Positions 51,100 through 59,425 of a DNA stretch of 64,000 bases are shown here, one piece after another (the first letter of the stretch is position 1; every line of letters begins with the position of its first letter). The DNA lies in assembly GCA_964613395.1 (NCBI GenBank), contig CAZTGO010000005.1, forward strand, positions 336 to 64,335. Reading direction: 5' to 3'. Origin of the DNA: an uncultured Candidatus Poseidoniales archaeon. Lineage in GTDB: Archaea > Thermoplasmatota > Poseidoniia > Poseidoniales > Poseidoniaceae. A program made the position numbers and the translations under genes. The notes under the pieces are model-generated. The model was given only the letters and a program-made list of their open reading frames with translations, searched no databases and was not told the origin of the DNA.

Positions 51100-53615
51100 C
51101 GACCCATGACCGCTCTGTGAACGAGAGTTTGAACCTCTTTCATCTTGGAACTTGCTCCGAGTTCACGATATACTGCTAAAGCTCGTTGCAAATACTCCAT
51201 CCGTCGCTGACGGTCAGGTGTAACGCCTCCTAAACGCGTCAACAATTCACCAATTTGCATTCGTAAATCGTTGGCTTCTGCAACAACGAGTGCTTCTCTA
51301 TACTGCTCCATCGCCTCTTCTTTTCGCCCAGCATCCTGCAAAACTTCCCCAAGGAGAATGGTAATATCGACCAATGTGACAACATCACCAGTTGTGTGCA
51401 TCGTTTCTAGCGATGACGTATAATGATGAAGTGCCAGTTTAGAATCACCTATCTTAGCATAATATCGACCGAGAACAGACTGAGCTCGTGCATGTAATTT
51501 TTCATCTTCAATCTCTTGTGTGCGTTCATAACAATTCAATGCATGATCTCTTGCGCGTTCAATTTCTTCGAGGTCAATCAAAGCACGAGTCAAGGTAAGA
51601 CGATGTGACAGAAGTGATTCATCATCTGAATCAGAAACAATTTTTTCGACTTCAGCGTATGCTTCAAGTGCTGTGTTTCGGTCATTTTTTCTTCGATATA
51701 AATATCCGAGATTATTGTATGTTCGAGCAGCTAGCCTGTTGTTCTTCAATTTGATATAATGTTCCAATGCTTCAGTGTGGCGTTCCATAGCGAGGTCCAA
51801 ATCGCCTTGTTTTCTTGCAACATCTGCTAGGGAAGACAGGATATTCGCTTGAGACTCGATGCTCTTCGAATCACACAAAGAAATTGCATAATCAAACGCA
51901 GCCTCCGCTTCATCGAGGCGGCCGAGGAGTGAAAACAAGTCTCCTTGGAGTTGCAGAATTTGAATTCGAGATGCAACATCAATACTGTCAAATTCAATTT
52001 TGTTGATATGAGTATGAAGTTCCATATACCCTTGAGATATGAGATCTTTTCCATGATCGATTATATATTGAGATGCATCTTCATGTTGGTTGGAATTAAT
52101 GGCATGATAAATTGTTTCAATGACGTTATGCAATTCATTCGATTGTGATCTGTACCATTCGAGACACTTGAGATGATACTCAGTTTTGAGTGGAGTAGGC
52201 ATACTTTGAAGGAGAAATTCACGGATAAGATCGTGAACATCGTACAATTCCTTGTCAACTCTTCGAGCCAGACCAGAATCAACCAATGAATCGAGTTCAT
52301 CCGTATCAAGGCCTTGTTGGGCTAGTTGACTTAGTGTTGCAGGGTTTCGATAAATTGCAATCGCTGAAAGAACTCTTTTTTGCTCTGCACTGAGTTTCGA
52401 AAAAATTTCAACAGTGACATAATTTTCTAACGTTTCATGGAATGTTCCAGGTGATGCACCACGATTGATAAGTTCTAGAACGAGTGGATGACCTCGTGAT
52501 AAGCCGTGAATGTACAACCATTGTTCATCTTCCATACCGTCATAACTACTCAACAATTTACGTCCAGCATCCGAGTCAAGACCTTCGAGAGGCAGGAACA
52601 AACTTGCAATACGCCCTTCAGCATCCTTCGCTGGCACAACTGGTTTAAACGAGCGTGAGAACAATACAAGTCCTATCTTTTCTTCGGATTCGAGCAGTGC
52701 AAGCGTGATTGCTTGCAACGTTTGATGAAGCAACATATCGGAAACCTTGTGCAAATCGTCGATGACGATGAGTGATTGTGCTCCTTCGATGCCATCAATA
52801 ATCATTCGAGCAGCATCTGCCGGTGATGGATGTGGATTTGCCATGAGGAAATCTGCAAAAGACGAATCGCCAATCGAGGAGAGCCAATCGGCGACCGATT
52901 CAAAAAATGGTCTCGAACCCTCCCATTCTTGGCATCTATGATACAACAAATTTCTTCTGTGCATGAAACGTTCAATTAATTTTGCAGCTACTGAGGTTTT
53001 GCCGATACCTGCAATACCAGGCACAAGAAGAGTCGTTGCACGTGCGTCGAGTAGACTTTCCATATTATCCAATTCTCGATTCCGACCAAAGAAATGTCGA
53101 ACTCGTGGAAGGTCTGTTAGTGAAGTGACAAGTTGTTTTTCGACATGTTTTGAAAGGTCACGTTCAATCAAATCTGCTGAAAGTGTACGTGTGTCTAGAA
53201 TCCCATTATCATCCAAATATCGGATGACATCGACTGGTCGCATTTCAAATGGAAGGGAGGATTTTATTGTACCTAACGTTGTAGATACTGACGTCCCGTC
53301 ATTCAATATGCAGCGAAGAGGATAGGTTTGCAATCTCGTCCAGGTCTCTCCTGCTAATTTAATTCCAATGTCAGTGAGAAAATACGCTTTACGCTTTCTT
53401 GAAACACCCTTGACGTGAGCTTGTCGTTCAATGAGGAGGCCGTCGTCTTTCAAACCTGCAATTGCCCGCGGGACGTTCGACCTAGCGATAGCAACAGCAT
53501 TTGCAATTCCCATCTGGGATAAAGCAAAGGGTACTTCGATACTCGATTTGAAATCCGCATAGTCAAACAAATGAAGCAAAATCCTCTCTTGAACGCTAGG
53601 CTTTGCAATACTCAT
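51096..53615 (-). CDS. STAND-class P-loop NTPase with N-terminal winged-HTH and C-terminal TPR array (MalT/AfsR-like signal-transducing regulator)
   Basis: wHTH-like segment FALSQMGIANAVAIARSNVPRAIAGLKDDGLLIERQ. FFGRNRELDNMESLL precedes Walker A LLVPGIAGIGKTSVAAK; Walker B is SLIVIDDLHKV; the GxP motif is LSRGHPLVLELI. A C-terminal region of about 330 aa has repeated TPR-like A/L/Y helices (ARTYNNLGYLYRRKNDRNTALEAY, AQSVLGRYYAKIGDSKLALHHY). Confidence 0.8.
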   Translation of the reverse strand: MSIAKPSVQERILLHLFDYADFKSSIEVPFALSQMGIANAVAIARSNVPRAIAGLKDDGLLIERQAHVKGVSRKRKAYFLTDIGIKLAGETWTRLQTYPLRCILNDGTSVSTTLGTIKSSLPFEMRPVDVIRYLDDNGILDTRTLSADLIERDLSKHVEKQLVTSLTDLPRVRHFFGRNRELDNMESLLDARATTLLVPGIAGIGKTSVAAKLIERFMHRRNLLYHRCQEWEGSRPFFESVADWLSSIGDSSFADFLMANPHPSPADAARMIIDGIEGAQSLIVIDDLHKVSDMLLHQTLQAITLALLESEEKIGLVLFSRSFKPVVPAKDAEGRIASLFLPLEGLDSDAGRKLLSSYDGMEDEQWLYIHGLSRGHPLVLELINRGASPGTFHETLENYVTVEIFSKLSAEQKRVLSAIAIYRNPATLSQLAQQGLDTDELDSLVDSGLARRVDKELYDVHDLIREFLLQSMPTPLKTEYHLKCLEWYRSQSNELHNVIETIYHAINSNQHEDASQYIIDHGKDLISQGYMELHTHINKIEFDSIDVASRIQILQLQGDLFSLLGRLDEAEAAFDYAISLCDSKSIESQANILSSLADVARKQGDLDLAMERHTEALEHYIKLKNNRLAARTYNNLGYLYRRKNDRNTALEAYAEVEKIVSDSDDESLLSHRLTLTRALIDLEEIERARDHALNCYERTQEIEDEKLHARAQSVLGRYYAKIGDSKLALHHYTSSLETMHTTGDVVTLVDITILLGEVLQDAGRKEEAMEQYREALVVAEANDLRMQIGELLTRLGGVTPDRQRRMEYLQRALAVYRELGASSKMKEVQTLVHRAVMGR

Positions 53616-53636
53616 TCAAGTCACCATGGTTGAGAA

Positions 53637-56600
53637 TTACTGCTGTGGTTGTTGGTAATTTGGGTCTGGCACCCATTGATTGTTTGCAGCATCCCAAAGC
53701 CATCCAGGATGTTGAGAGACTTGCTGAGGCTGTGCTTCCTGTTGGTTCTGAGCTTCTTGTGTAGGTTCTCCTGCAGCAGGAATTTCAACAGCATCGTATT
53801 GTTTCTTTTTGGCCCAAGCATACGGATCTTCTCCGGTTTCTTCAGCTCCATCTTGTAGGACAGCTTCATCAAATTCTTCTTCAAATTCGATGAAGAAATA
53901 TGCACCGATACCCAGAAGAATGATGACACCGATAATGATCATAATAATCATCATCACAGATGAACCAGCGTCAGCTCCTGTTGATACACTTAGACCAAAA
54001 TCAGCTGCTTGAGATTCACCTTCAAATGTGAATTCTTGATCACCCATTTCAAAGAAAATTTCTTTCTTTCCATCAACACCAAGCTGTTGGCTCGAAATTT
54101 CCATTCTCCAAGTTCCGTCTGGTCCAACAACAGTTGCATTCACTCGGACATTACCGTCAGTAAATCTTGCAACAACGGTACTTCCGGGGAGACCTTCCCC
54201 AATGAACACTGCGTTATCGTCCTCAGTTACCAATCCAGAATCTTCGCGCTCAACCTTGAATGAGATAGCACGTACGAGGAAATCAACTCGGTTCGAGTAG
54301 ACCTTCGCCTCTTGCTTGTCTTCAGCAACAAAGATGACCGAATCAAGTGACCATTCCGATATCTCAGATGTGGTGGATGCAATAGAAGATGCTGGATTGT
54401 AGGTTGCGTATCCGTTGGCATCTATGATGACATAGGCGTAGTATAGATCATCCTCTGAAGTTGATGCATCATCGTACACATCGAATTCAAGGGCATCAAC
54501 AGAAGTTCCAATACCATCTGGGTCGCTAAAGAATTGGGCAAGATTGATTCTTGCACCTCCACCACATCGATCAAAACTCTTTGATTTTTCATCGCAGAAG
54601 ATGGTAATTGTGTTCTTCCAACCTGTTTCATTAAACACTGGGTCTATGTTATCCGCATCAGCAGGGTTATTGATAATGATTCGAATTCGTTCCTCTTTAG
54701 AGTATTTGTCGCTATCATATGCCTTGACAACAACCTCATACTGTTGGTCATGGATTAATCGGGAGGTATCCCAAACAGCTGACCAGGCCCCATTTGGTGC
54801 AAATGTAGTGACTGGCAAGGGTCCGTCATTCATAGGGAAAGCACTACCACTTGCAAGGTCGTACACTTCGATGTCAACTCGGGATACTGCTCCATCATTG
54901 TCAACTGCAACCCCTTGAATGACAGTGTCTTGACTTGCTCGAACAACACCCATGTTGAGACCGCCAGTTGACATATCTTGGGCTCCAATCCAGGTTACTT
55001 GTACAAACGGTGCCTGATTTTCGTTGATGATATTGAGTGTTCGCGTCTCAGGCACACACGGATCTGGGTCGTCGATACAGAAATCAGAATCTGCAGCCCA
55101 GACTTTGAAATTGTATGAACCACTTGGTAGTTCATTGAAATCCCAGTCATATTCCCAACTTGGTCCACCTTCCGCATAAAAGTGGCTTTGGTAGTCGTTT
55201 GGACCAGTGATGTCAAACCAAATCTGTTGAATATCGTTTCCTTGAACGCCGGAATATGGATCAAAAGATGTTCCGGTAAAGGTAACAACACCTTTGTCGT
55301 GAGTTGAACCATCGTTCGGTGTTTCAACGAGGATTGTTGGGGGAACGAGATTTAATTTGAAATCTCGTACCTGTACAGGTGAATATTCTAAGCCATCGAA
55401 TGAACGAATCCTAAATGTAACATCTTCTTCACCTTCGGGGTGGGCAGATAAATCCCAATCAAATGACCATGTTTTGAACGGATGGTTTTCTTGCGTGATT
55501 TCAGTGACACCTGAAGTATCAAATGCAGAGTACCAATCTGTTGAATCAGGTGGTTGGATTTCGATGTCATGGATAAGTCCAAACTGCTTCTCATAAGCAG
55601 TGTTGTCATTCGCATATGGCCATTTTACTCCATCCCATGACTCCCCAGTTATTGTGACAATTGTTGCAAATGAAGTTCCATCTGCTTGGTCAACCGATAC
55701 ACCTGGACGGAGATTGTCAAGGTTGATGACATCATCGACAGGTCCTGAAAGGATGTAATCGAAGCTTTTTCGTCCTTTTTCAAATTTAAATGCCTCAACA
55801 GAGTAAAATGGCTTTTCTCTGCCGTTGAGACAATCCGGATCGTCTTCGTCGACAACTGTATCTCCATCGTTATCGATACCATCCGCACATGAGTTCTCAG
55901 CGTCACCTGTTTGAGGTGGGCTCGTTCCTGGAATGACATAATTTATATCACCTACAACGTGATTCCAATTTCTGTCAAGAAGGAAATCTGATGGCAATGA
56001 GACTTGAGGAGTAAATCCGAACACGTCTGTTTGCATGTTAAAGATTGGAAGGCCAGTTGCATCTTTGATGATCACGGTTGCACCGTATACGTTACTGTTT
56101 TTCGCCTTCACTTGATATCGAACCAATTCACCTTTCTGAATTTGAGTACCCCATTCAGTATTTTGGTTTTGAACGTGAATCATAGTTTCATCAAAATTCT
56201 GGACATTGGCAAATGCAAATACAGATGCGTTGTTGAGGAGTTCGAGTGCCAGTGGCATATGCCTCGGTGGCATGTTAGCAGTCATTGGTACGTTCAAACA
56301 TTCGGTCTGGACATAAGGGCACTCTGCACCAAGCCATTGGACCATGACTGGATACTGTGCACCAAATCCTGGCGAAGGCATTTGTTCTGATTGAACTGTG
56401 ACTCGGGATTCTGTAACGTTGTAAACTTGTGAGACATTGGACCAAGAATTGCCTGAAAAGTATGCAATAGAACCATACTTCATGCCGTTGTTGTTGTCAT
56501 AATGTGAAATGTTTCCAGCGTAGCCTCCACTTGATACACCAGTGTTGTCCTGGACATTGACAATGCCACCTCTTGAGCGTATAATGTCACCGTTGCTGTT

Positions 56601-58022
56601 CGAAATTGTGTTACCCATCACTGTTGCGGATGACATGAAAACGTGAACGGCAGGACATGCGAAATCTCCACCGTATTCAACTGAGTTACAAGTTCCAGTG
56701 TTGTTCGAGATGATGTTATTTGCAAGGTACAAACGTGCTTCCGTGGGACGCGGCACGCTCCATCCTTGGTCGTTAAAGTGGTATTCTCCAATCAATACTG
56801 GCTCTTTTGCAGTGTCTTGTATGGTATTATTCTCCGCAACCACGTCAGATTCACCATAAATCCAAATTCCGTTCCAACCACCAATTGGACCGATTGTGTT
56901 GCGGTGGAGTGTAACAATCGAAGAGCGGATCCCAACTCCAGAACCTTGCTCAGCACCAGATATTGTGTTACCAATCGCTAAGACATTTGCTCCATCGTAT
57001 GCTGTTAATCCAGCCCCCTCTGTTGTGGTGATCGTGTTGTCGTACAAACCAAGTTGGTGTCGAATTTCTCCAGTGGTTTTCACATCATTGGTGTCAATGG
57101 CGTTACACTTTGTTACAATTGACGAATTACCCAACAAGCCAGACGTTCTCTTGAGGAAAATACCATATGTGTTGGAACCAAGGTCGAGATTATCCATCGA
57201 AACATATGAGTCTTCGATAAAGATGAGTGATCGACCACCACCTTGTGTTCCACAATCCTTCGTATCATCGCCTGAGAATTGTGAATTGATAATATTGATT
57301 GTGTTTTGAATGCCTATGCCCGCAGAGTATGCTCGTACTGCAGCAGCATCATATCCTCTCCCATCAATTCCTAAGGTGAACTCTGAATTATCAAGGGTTG
57401 GTGCAGCACCATTGACAGCGAGAACGTTGGAGGTGTTCACATCGGTAAACGACAAACCGGAAGCTGTAACTCGCGAGCCATCAAACACCAAAACACCGTA
57501 TTGAATTGATTGCAAGGATTGAATGTAAATCGGGTAGCCGTATGCCTTCTCAAAGTGTGCATTATTGATAGAGGTAATCGCTTCGTCGATTGTGCTACGA
57601 ATAATCATTCCTGAACCACATGCTGTATCTCCGTTGTTGAGTGGGCTTCCTGTTTGATTGGAATAACATCGGCCAAGTTTAGTGTAATCTGTTGGTTGCT
57701 GCCAAATAAATCGAGCCTTGCTGGTTCCAGCCGATGCACCACAATTGCTATCTCCGATACATATAGCCCCACGTACATCAATAAATTTGCCATAAGGTAT
57801 GTTGATTGTCGTACCGGAGTTGATGATGAGTTTCGAACCCTCGGCAACTTCGACATCACCAACAAGGTTCATGGTACCTGTCCATGTTTCAGTTCCGGTT
57901 ACTGTTCCGGATGTGGTTTCATTAACTGCCATTGCTGTTGGTATATTGACAATACCAATCATTGTCGACATGACCATGAGAAACACGAGCATTAGACTTT
58001 TTGTTGTTGTTTTTGTGCGCAT
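53637..58022 (-). CDS. Giant (1461 aa) surface protein: right-handed parallel beta-helix region, Ig-like modules, C-terminal TM helix and acidic/Gln-rich tail
   Basis: Signal peptide MRTKTTTKSLMLVFLMVMSTMIGIVNIPTAMA (ATG 58022). PbH1-like turns ...NTISGAEQGSGVGIRSSIVTLHRNTIGPIGGWNGIWIYGESDVVAENNTI. Acidic Cys-flanked loop CADGIDNDGDTVVDEDDPDC. TM helix VMMIIMIIIGVIILLGIGAYFFI. 84-aa tail (nt 53640..53891). Confidence 0.85.
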   Translation of the reverse strand: MRTKTTTKSLMLVFLMVMSTMIGIVNIPTAMAVNETTSGTVTGTETWTGTMNLVGDVEVAEGSKLIINSGTTINIPYGKFIDVRGAICIGDSNCGASAGTSKARFIWQQPTDYTKLGRCYSNQTGSPLNNGDTACGSGMIIRSTIDEAITSINNAHFEKAYGYPIYIQSLQSIQYGVLVFDGSRVTASGLSFTDVNTSNVLAVNGAAPTLDNSEFTLGIDGRGYDAAAVRAYSAGIGIQNTINIINSQFSGDDTKDCGTQGGGRSLIFIEDSYVSMDNLDLGSNTYGIFLKRTSGLLGNSSIVTKCNAIDTNDVKTTGEIRHQLGLYDNTITTTEGAGLTAYDGANVLAIGNTISGAEQGSGVGIRSSIVTLHRNTIGPIGGWNGIWIYGESDVVAENNTIQDTAKEPVLIGEYHFNDQGWSVPRPTEARLYLANNIISNNTGTCNSVEYGGDFACPAVHVFMSSATVMGNTISNSNGDIIRSRGGIVNVQDNTGVSSGGYAGNISHYDNNNGMKYGSIAYFSGNSWSNVSQVYNVTESRVTVQSEQMPSPGFGAQYPVMVQWLGAECPYVQTECLNVPMTANMPPRHMPLALELLNNASVFAFANVQNFDETMIHVQNQNTEWGTQIQKGELVRYQVKAKNSNVYGATVIIKDATGLPIFNMQTDVFGFTPQVSLPSDFLLDRNWNHVVGDINYVIPGTSPPQTGDAENSCADGIDNDGDTVVDEDDPDCLNGREKPFYSVEAFKFEKGRKSFDYILSGPVDDVINLDNLRPGVSVDQADGTSFATIVTITGESWDGVKWPYANDNTAYEKQFGLIHDIEIQPPDSTDWYSAFDTSGVTEITQENHPFKTWSFDWDLSAHPEGEEDVTFRIRSFDGLEYSPVQVRDFKLNLVPPTILVETPNDGSTHDKGVVTFTGTSFDPYSGVQGNDIQQIWFDITGPNDYQSHFYAEGGPSWEYDWDFNELPSGSYNFKVWAADSDFCIDDPDPCVPETRTLNIINENQAPFVQVTWIGAQDMSTGGLNMGVVRASQDTVIQGVAVDNDGAVSRVDIEVYDLASGSAFPMNDGPLPVTTFAPNGAWSAVWDTSRLIHDQQYEVVVKAYDSDKYSKEERIRIIINNPADADNIDPVFNETGWKNTITIFCDEKSKSFDRCGGGARINLAQFFSDPDGIGTSVDALEFDVYDDASTSEDDLYYAYVIIDANGYATYNPASSIASTTSEISEWSLDSVIFVAEDKQEAKVYSNRVDFLVRAISFKVEREDSGLVTEDDNAVFIGEGLPGSTVVARFTDGNVRVNATVVGPDGTWRMEISSQQLGVDGKKEIFFEMGDQEFTFEGESQAADFGLSVSTGADAGSSVMMIIMIIIGVIILLGIGAYFFIEFEEEFDEAVLQDGAEETGEDPYAWAKKKQYDAVEIPAAGEPTQEAQNQQEAQPQQVSQHPGWLWDAANNQWVPDPNYQQPQQ
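53640..53711 (-). other. Trp-rich C-terminal tail peptide HPGWLWDAANNQWVPDPNYQQPQQ (looser variant of the tail motif)
   Basis: It occupies the same position as the GWTMEQW peptides: the extreme C-terminus after a TM helix, an acidic stretch and a P/Q-rich spacer. It shares the PGW core and spaced Trp residues, but the alignment is weak. Confidence 0.45.
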
Positions 58023-58186
58023 ACTTACACCTATCTCTGCCATCTCAACAGAGAATATAATACTGTGCCTCATTTGTCAATTTAAGAATATCAAAAATGT
58101 GTGAAAGTATCAAATTTTATGCAAGAAATCGGCGATATCTTTCCACATAACTTCAATAAATAATGAAATAGAGGTGGTAATTCGAT

Positions 58187-59404
58187 TCAACATTCACCGA
58201 TTTTACCTACTTCTTGATACCACTTTTCAGCATTCAGCACTCCATATCCTTCCTTCGAATCATGATTTGGGGGCGTATTTTGAGCTGTTGTCGAATCCAT
58301 GAGTGCCTCTTTCACCGCATCAATACACGAGCCATTCGAACTGCTCGTGGGTTTAAATTGTGGATATTCTTGTAGGATTAAAGCAAGTGCACCCGCAACA
58401 AAAACAGTGGAATCCGATGTTCCACTACTGGAATACCAAGCATTTTGTTCACCCGCACTGATGATTTGTACGCCAGGGGCTAGAATTTCAGGTTTCATGT
58501 TGGGATGCTGTCTTGATTCATCCAGATTGAGTGAAGCATTGCCAATAGAAGAATTGCTCCAAACCTCACCGAATCGATCGTGGGAACCCACTGTGATGAC
58601 TCTCGGAACATTACCTGGTGATGACACGTCGCCATCATCATCTGGCCCACCATCGTTTCCTGCTGCAGCAACGACAAAAATACCATTATCAGTAACCTGT
58701 CTCGTAGCAGACACTGATTTACTTTCAGTATCACCTTCCTTCGGTGCCATTCCACCAAGCGATAGTGAGATGATGTCAGCTTTGAAAACTTGGTCACACC
58801 ATCGAATTGCGTCGGCTACAAGAGATTCATCTCCCGTATTCATACCGTTTTCATCTTCTTGAAGTGTTGCAACCATTGCAAATGTCACATTTGGGGCCAC
58901 ACCGATTTGATGATCTTGGGACAAAAGAATACCTGCCATAAGTGTCCCATGAGCAATTGCTCCATATTCTACTGGGGATGTACTTCCTCCAACATAGTCC
59001 TTGAACATAATTGTCCGCCCATTGAATGCAGAATGGGACAAATCTATGCCCGTATCAACCATACAAACATGCACACCTGTACCATCAAGGCCAATGTCCT
59101 GTAAGTCTCGAATTCCTGAATCTTCAAAGGCCCATTCCGAATCAGGAAGTGGTAATTCGATAATCAGCCACTCGAACCTCCAAACAAGCAGGATGATGGC
59201 CCCTAAGATAGCGAGGGCAATACTTCGAGAGACGAGGAAATATGGCCGAGAAACCCGTTTAATTGGTTGAACTATGGCTGGAAACCAGCCAGTCACTTCA
59301 GAGCGCCATGTATCTTCAAATCCAGAAACTGATGGATCAACTGCCGAAACAACACGAGGCTCATTTGGCTCTGGTAAATACTCAACATTTCGAAGTTCAT
59401 CCAT
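58187..59404 (-). CDS. Membrane-anchored subtilisin-like (S8) serine protease (N-terminal cytoplasmic segment + single TM helix, no obvious propeptide)
   Basis: TM helix IALAILGAIILLVWRF. Triad motifs are HVCMVDTGIDLSHSAF (Asp), AIAHGTLMAGILL (His) and SSSGTSDSTVFVAGALALI (Ser). It starts 21 nt downstream of the giant gene 59426.. on the same strand. Confidence 0.85.
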   Translation of the reverse strand: MDELRNVEYLPEPNEPRVVSAVDPSVSGFEDTWRSEVTGWFPAIVQPIKRVSRPYFLVSRSIALAILGAIILLVWRFEWLIIELPLPDSEWAFEDSGIRDLQDIGLDGTGVHVCMVDTGIDLSHSAFNGRTIMFKDYVGGSTSPVEYGAIAHGTLMAGILLSQDHQIGVAPNVTFAMVATLQEDENGMNTGDESLVADAIRWCDQVFKADIISLSLGGMAPKEGDTESKSVSATRQVTDNGIFVVAAAGNDGGPDDDGDVSSPGNVPRVITVGSHDRFGEVWSNSSIGNASLNLDESRQHPNMKPEILAPGVQIISAGEQNAWYSSSGTSDSTVFVAGALALILQEYPQFKPTSSSNGSCIDAVKEALMDSTTAQNTPPNHDSKEGYGVLNAEKWYQEVGKIGEC

Positions 59405-59425
59405 GAACTTCGACCCCGTAATCTA

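Noticed and set aside
51096-53615. Interpreting the STAND-TPR NTPase as an Avs/NLR-type antiviral defence gene
   Set aside because: The N-terminal module is a wHTH rather than a nuclease, protease or other effector. No other defence genes, mobile elements or island signatures are nearby. A MalT/AfsR-like regulator is the more economical reading.
53621-53929. 102-aa minus-strand ORF in an alternative frame over the tail of the beta-helix protein
   Set aside because: It is an out-of-frame overlap with the 3' end of a well-supported 4.4-kb ORF, and its composition is K/N/L-rich junk.
58023-58186. AT-rich 164-nt gap upstream of the beta-helix gene as a possible small RNA or small ORF
   Set aside because: It contains only TATA-like AT-rich runs (tattatatt about 45 nt upstream of ATG 58022), consistent with an archaeal promoter. 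No stable hairpin or conserved-looking ORF is discernible by eye, and the promoter call itself is too weak to list as a feature.
58299-58862. 187-aa + strand ORF opposite the small S8 protease
   Set aside because: The minus-strand frame carries the complete D/H/S subtilase triad, while the + strand ORF is S/P/T-rich low complexity.
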